From assembly GCA_965603825.1 (NCBI GenBank), contig CBFDEM010000054.1, forward strand, positions 1 to 64,000: a stretch of 64,000 bases of DNA. Reading direction: 5' to 3'. Under the pieces are notes generated by a model, which was given only the letters and a program-made list of their open reading frames with translations, ran no database searches and had not been told where the DNA came from. Numbering within the stretch: position 1 is the stretch's first letter; each line of letters starts with the position of its first letter. Source of the DNA: Blepharisma stoltei ATCC 30299 (lineage: Eukaryota; Protista; Ciliophora). The position numbers were made by a program, and so were the translations under genes. This document shows, one piece after another, positions 63,311 to 64,000 of this stretch.

Positions 63311-64000
63311 ATGGTGATTCTGTTTCTTTTCTTATCTCTTGCTCAGGCAGCAAATGTTTTGAAATGAACAACTCAGCCTACTTCTGTAATTATAACATAG
63401 ACAACTTTAGGCGGCACTTTATCATCAGTCTCCGTTTCTGTTGTAGATTCAACCACCCAAGCAGTTCAAGCAAGCGCGACTGGCACTATTATTGTAGTTT
63501 TGGACTCTGGAACACTAACTGGAAGCACTCGGGTGGCTTTGTCCTCAGGAGTCGCTTCTTTTACTACTTTATCGCCTTGAACAGCTGGAAGTCGCTACTT
63601 GGTCGCATTTTCAGCTTCTTTAGATCCGGTTTACTCATCAACTTTTACAGTCGCTCAGGCTTATCCGTATTATATGACCATTTCTGGGTCGGCAACAGCG
63701 ACAACAGGCACGACTGGAGGGACTTGAACGGTGACTTTATATGATTATCTTGGAAACTTATATACATCTGCATACTCAGTTACTATGACACTTTATGGAA
63801 GTGATCCGACTGCAACATTAGGCGGAACAACGACAGTAACTACCTCAAGTGGAGTCGCAACATTCAGCACGTTAACAATAAGCAAATCAGGCACTTTTTA
63901 CCTATACCCTACCATTTCTGGGACTTCTATAGTCCCTAATGCTATATCAGTAACAGTTTCTGGCCCATCAACACCAGCCTCTATGCAATTTTCAAGCCTT
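63311..64000 (+). CDS. Secreted/surface protein with bacterial Ig-like (Big/invasin-type) repeats, truncated by window end
   Basis: Signal MVILFLFLSLAQA; repeats LKWTTQP...VSVVD...LTGSTRVALSSGVASFTTL and VTLYDYLGN...LGGTTTVTTSSGVATFSTLTISKSGTFYL; absent from the ORF track. Confidence 0.78.
63386..63400 (+). other. 15-nt intron GTAATTATAACATAG
   Basis: Ends in an in-frame TAG; A at position 10. Confidence 0.9.

Noticed and set aside
63364-63744. 126-aa ORF-track protein
   Set aside because: Wrong frame; the real gene starts at 63311 and uses TGA-Trp and a 15-nt intron.

Overview
This window is the end of a gene-dense ciliate macronuclear chromosome. It has a ~3.1 kb (CCCTAACA)n telomere, in-frame TGA at conserved Trp positions, only TAA/TAG as real stops, and 15-nt GT-AG introns. 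Together these point to a heterotrich with the Blepharisma code (UGA=Trp). The supplied ORF track uses the wrong code, so most of its fragments join into about 30 intact genes. These include beta-tubulin, a Rab11-like GTPase, DYRK, a PH-CaMK kinase, a MYND-Aurora-like kinase, aminopeptidase N, a DHHC acyltransferase, a RING-CH ligase, two USPs, an RPA1 paralog, three tandem DOMON surface proteins and a SHIPPO-repeat protein. There is also one disrupted HExxH gene. The standout is a soluble PUB-domain (p97/Cdc48-binding) protein at 37308-37877 (-) ending ...KKGG-UGA-R-UAG and followed closely by a well-formed eukaryotic SECIS element. This is a candidate undescribed selenoprotein family with a SelS/SelK-like C-terminus. 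It would also imply that UGA has two meanings (Trp and Sec) in this genome. All family calls come from motif recognition by eye; no database searches were run.
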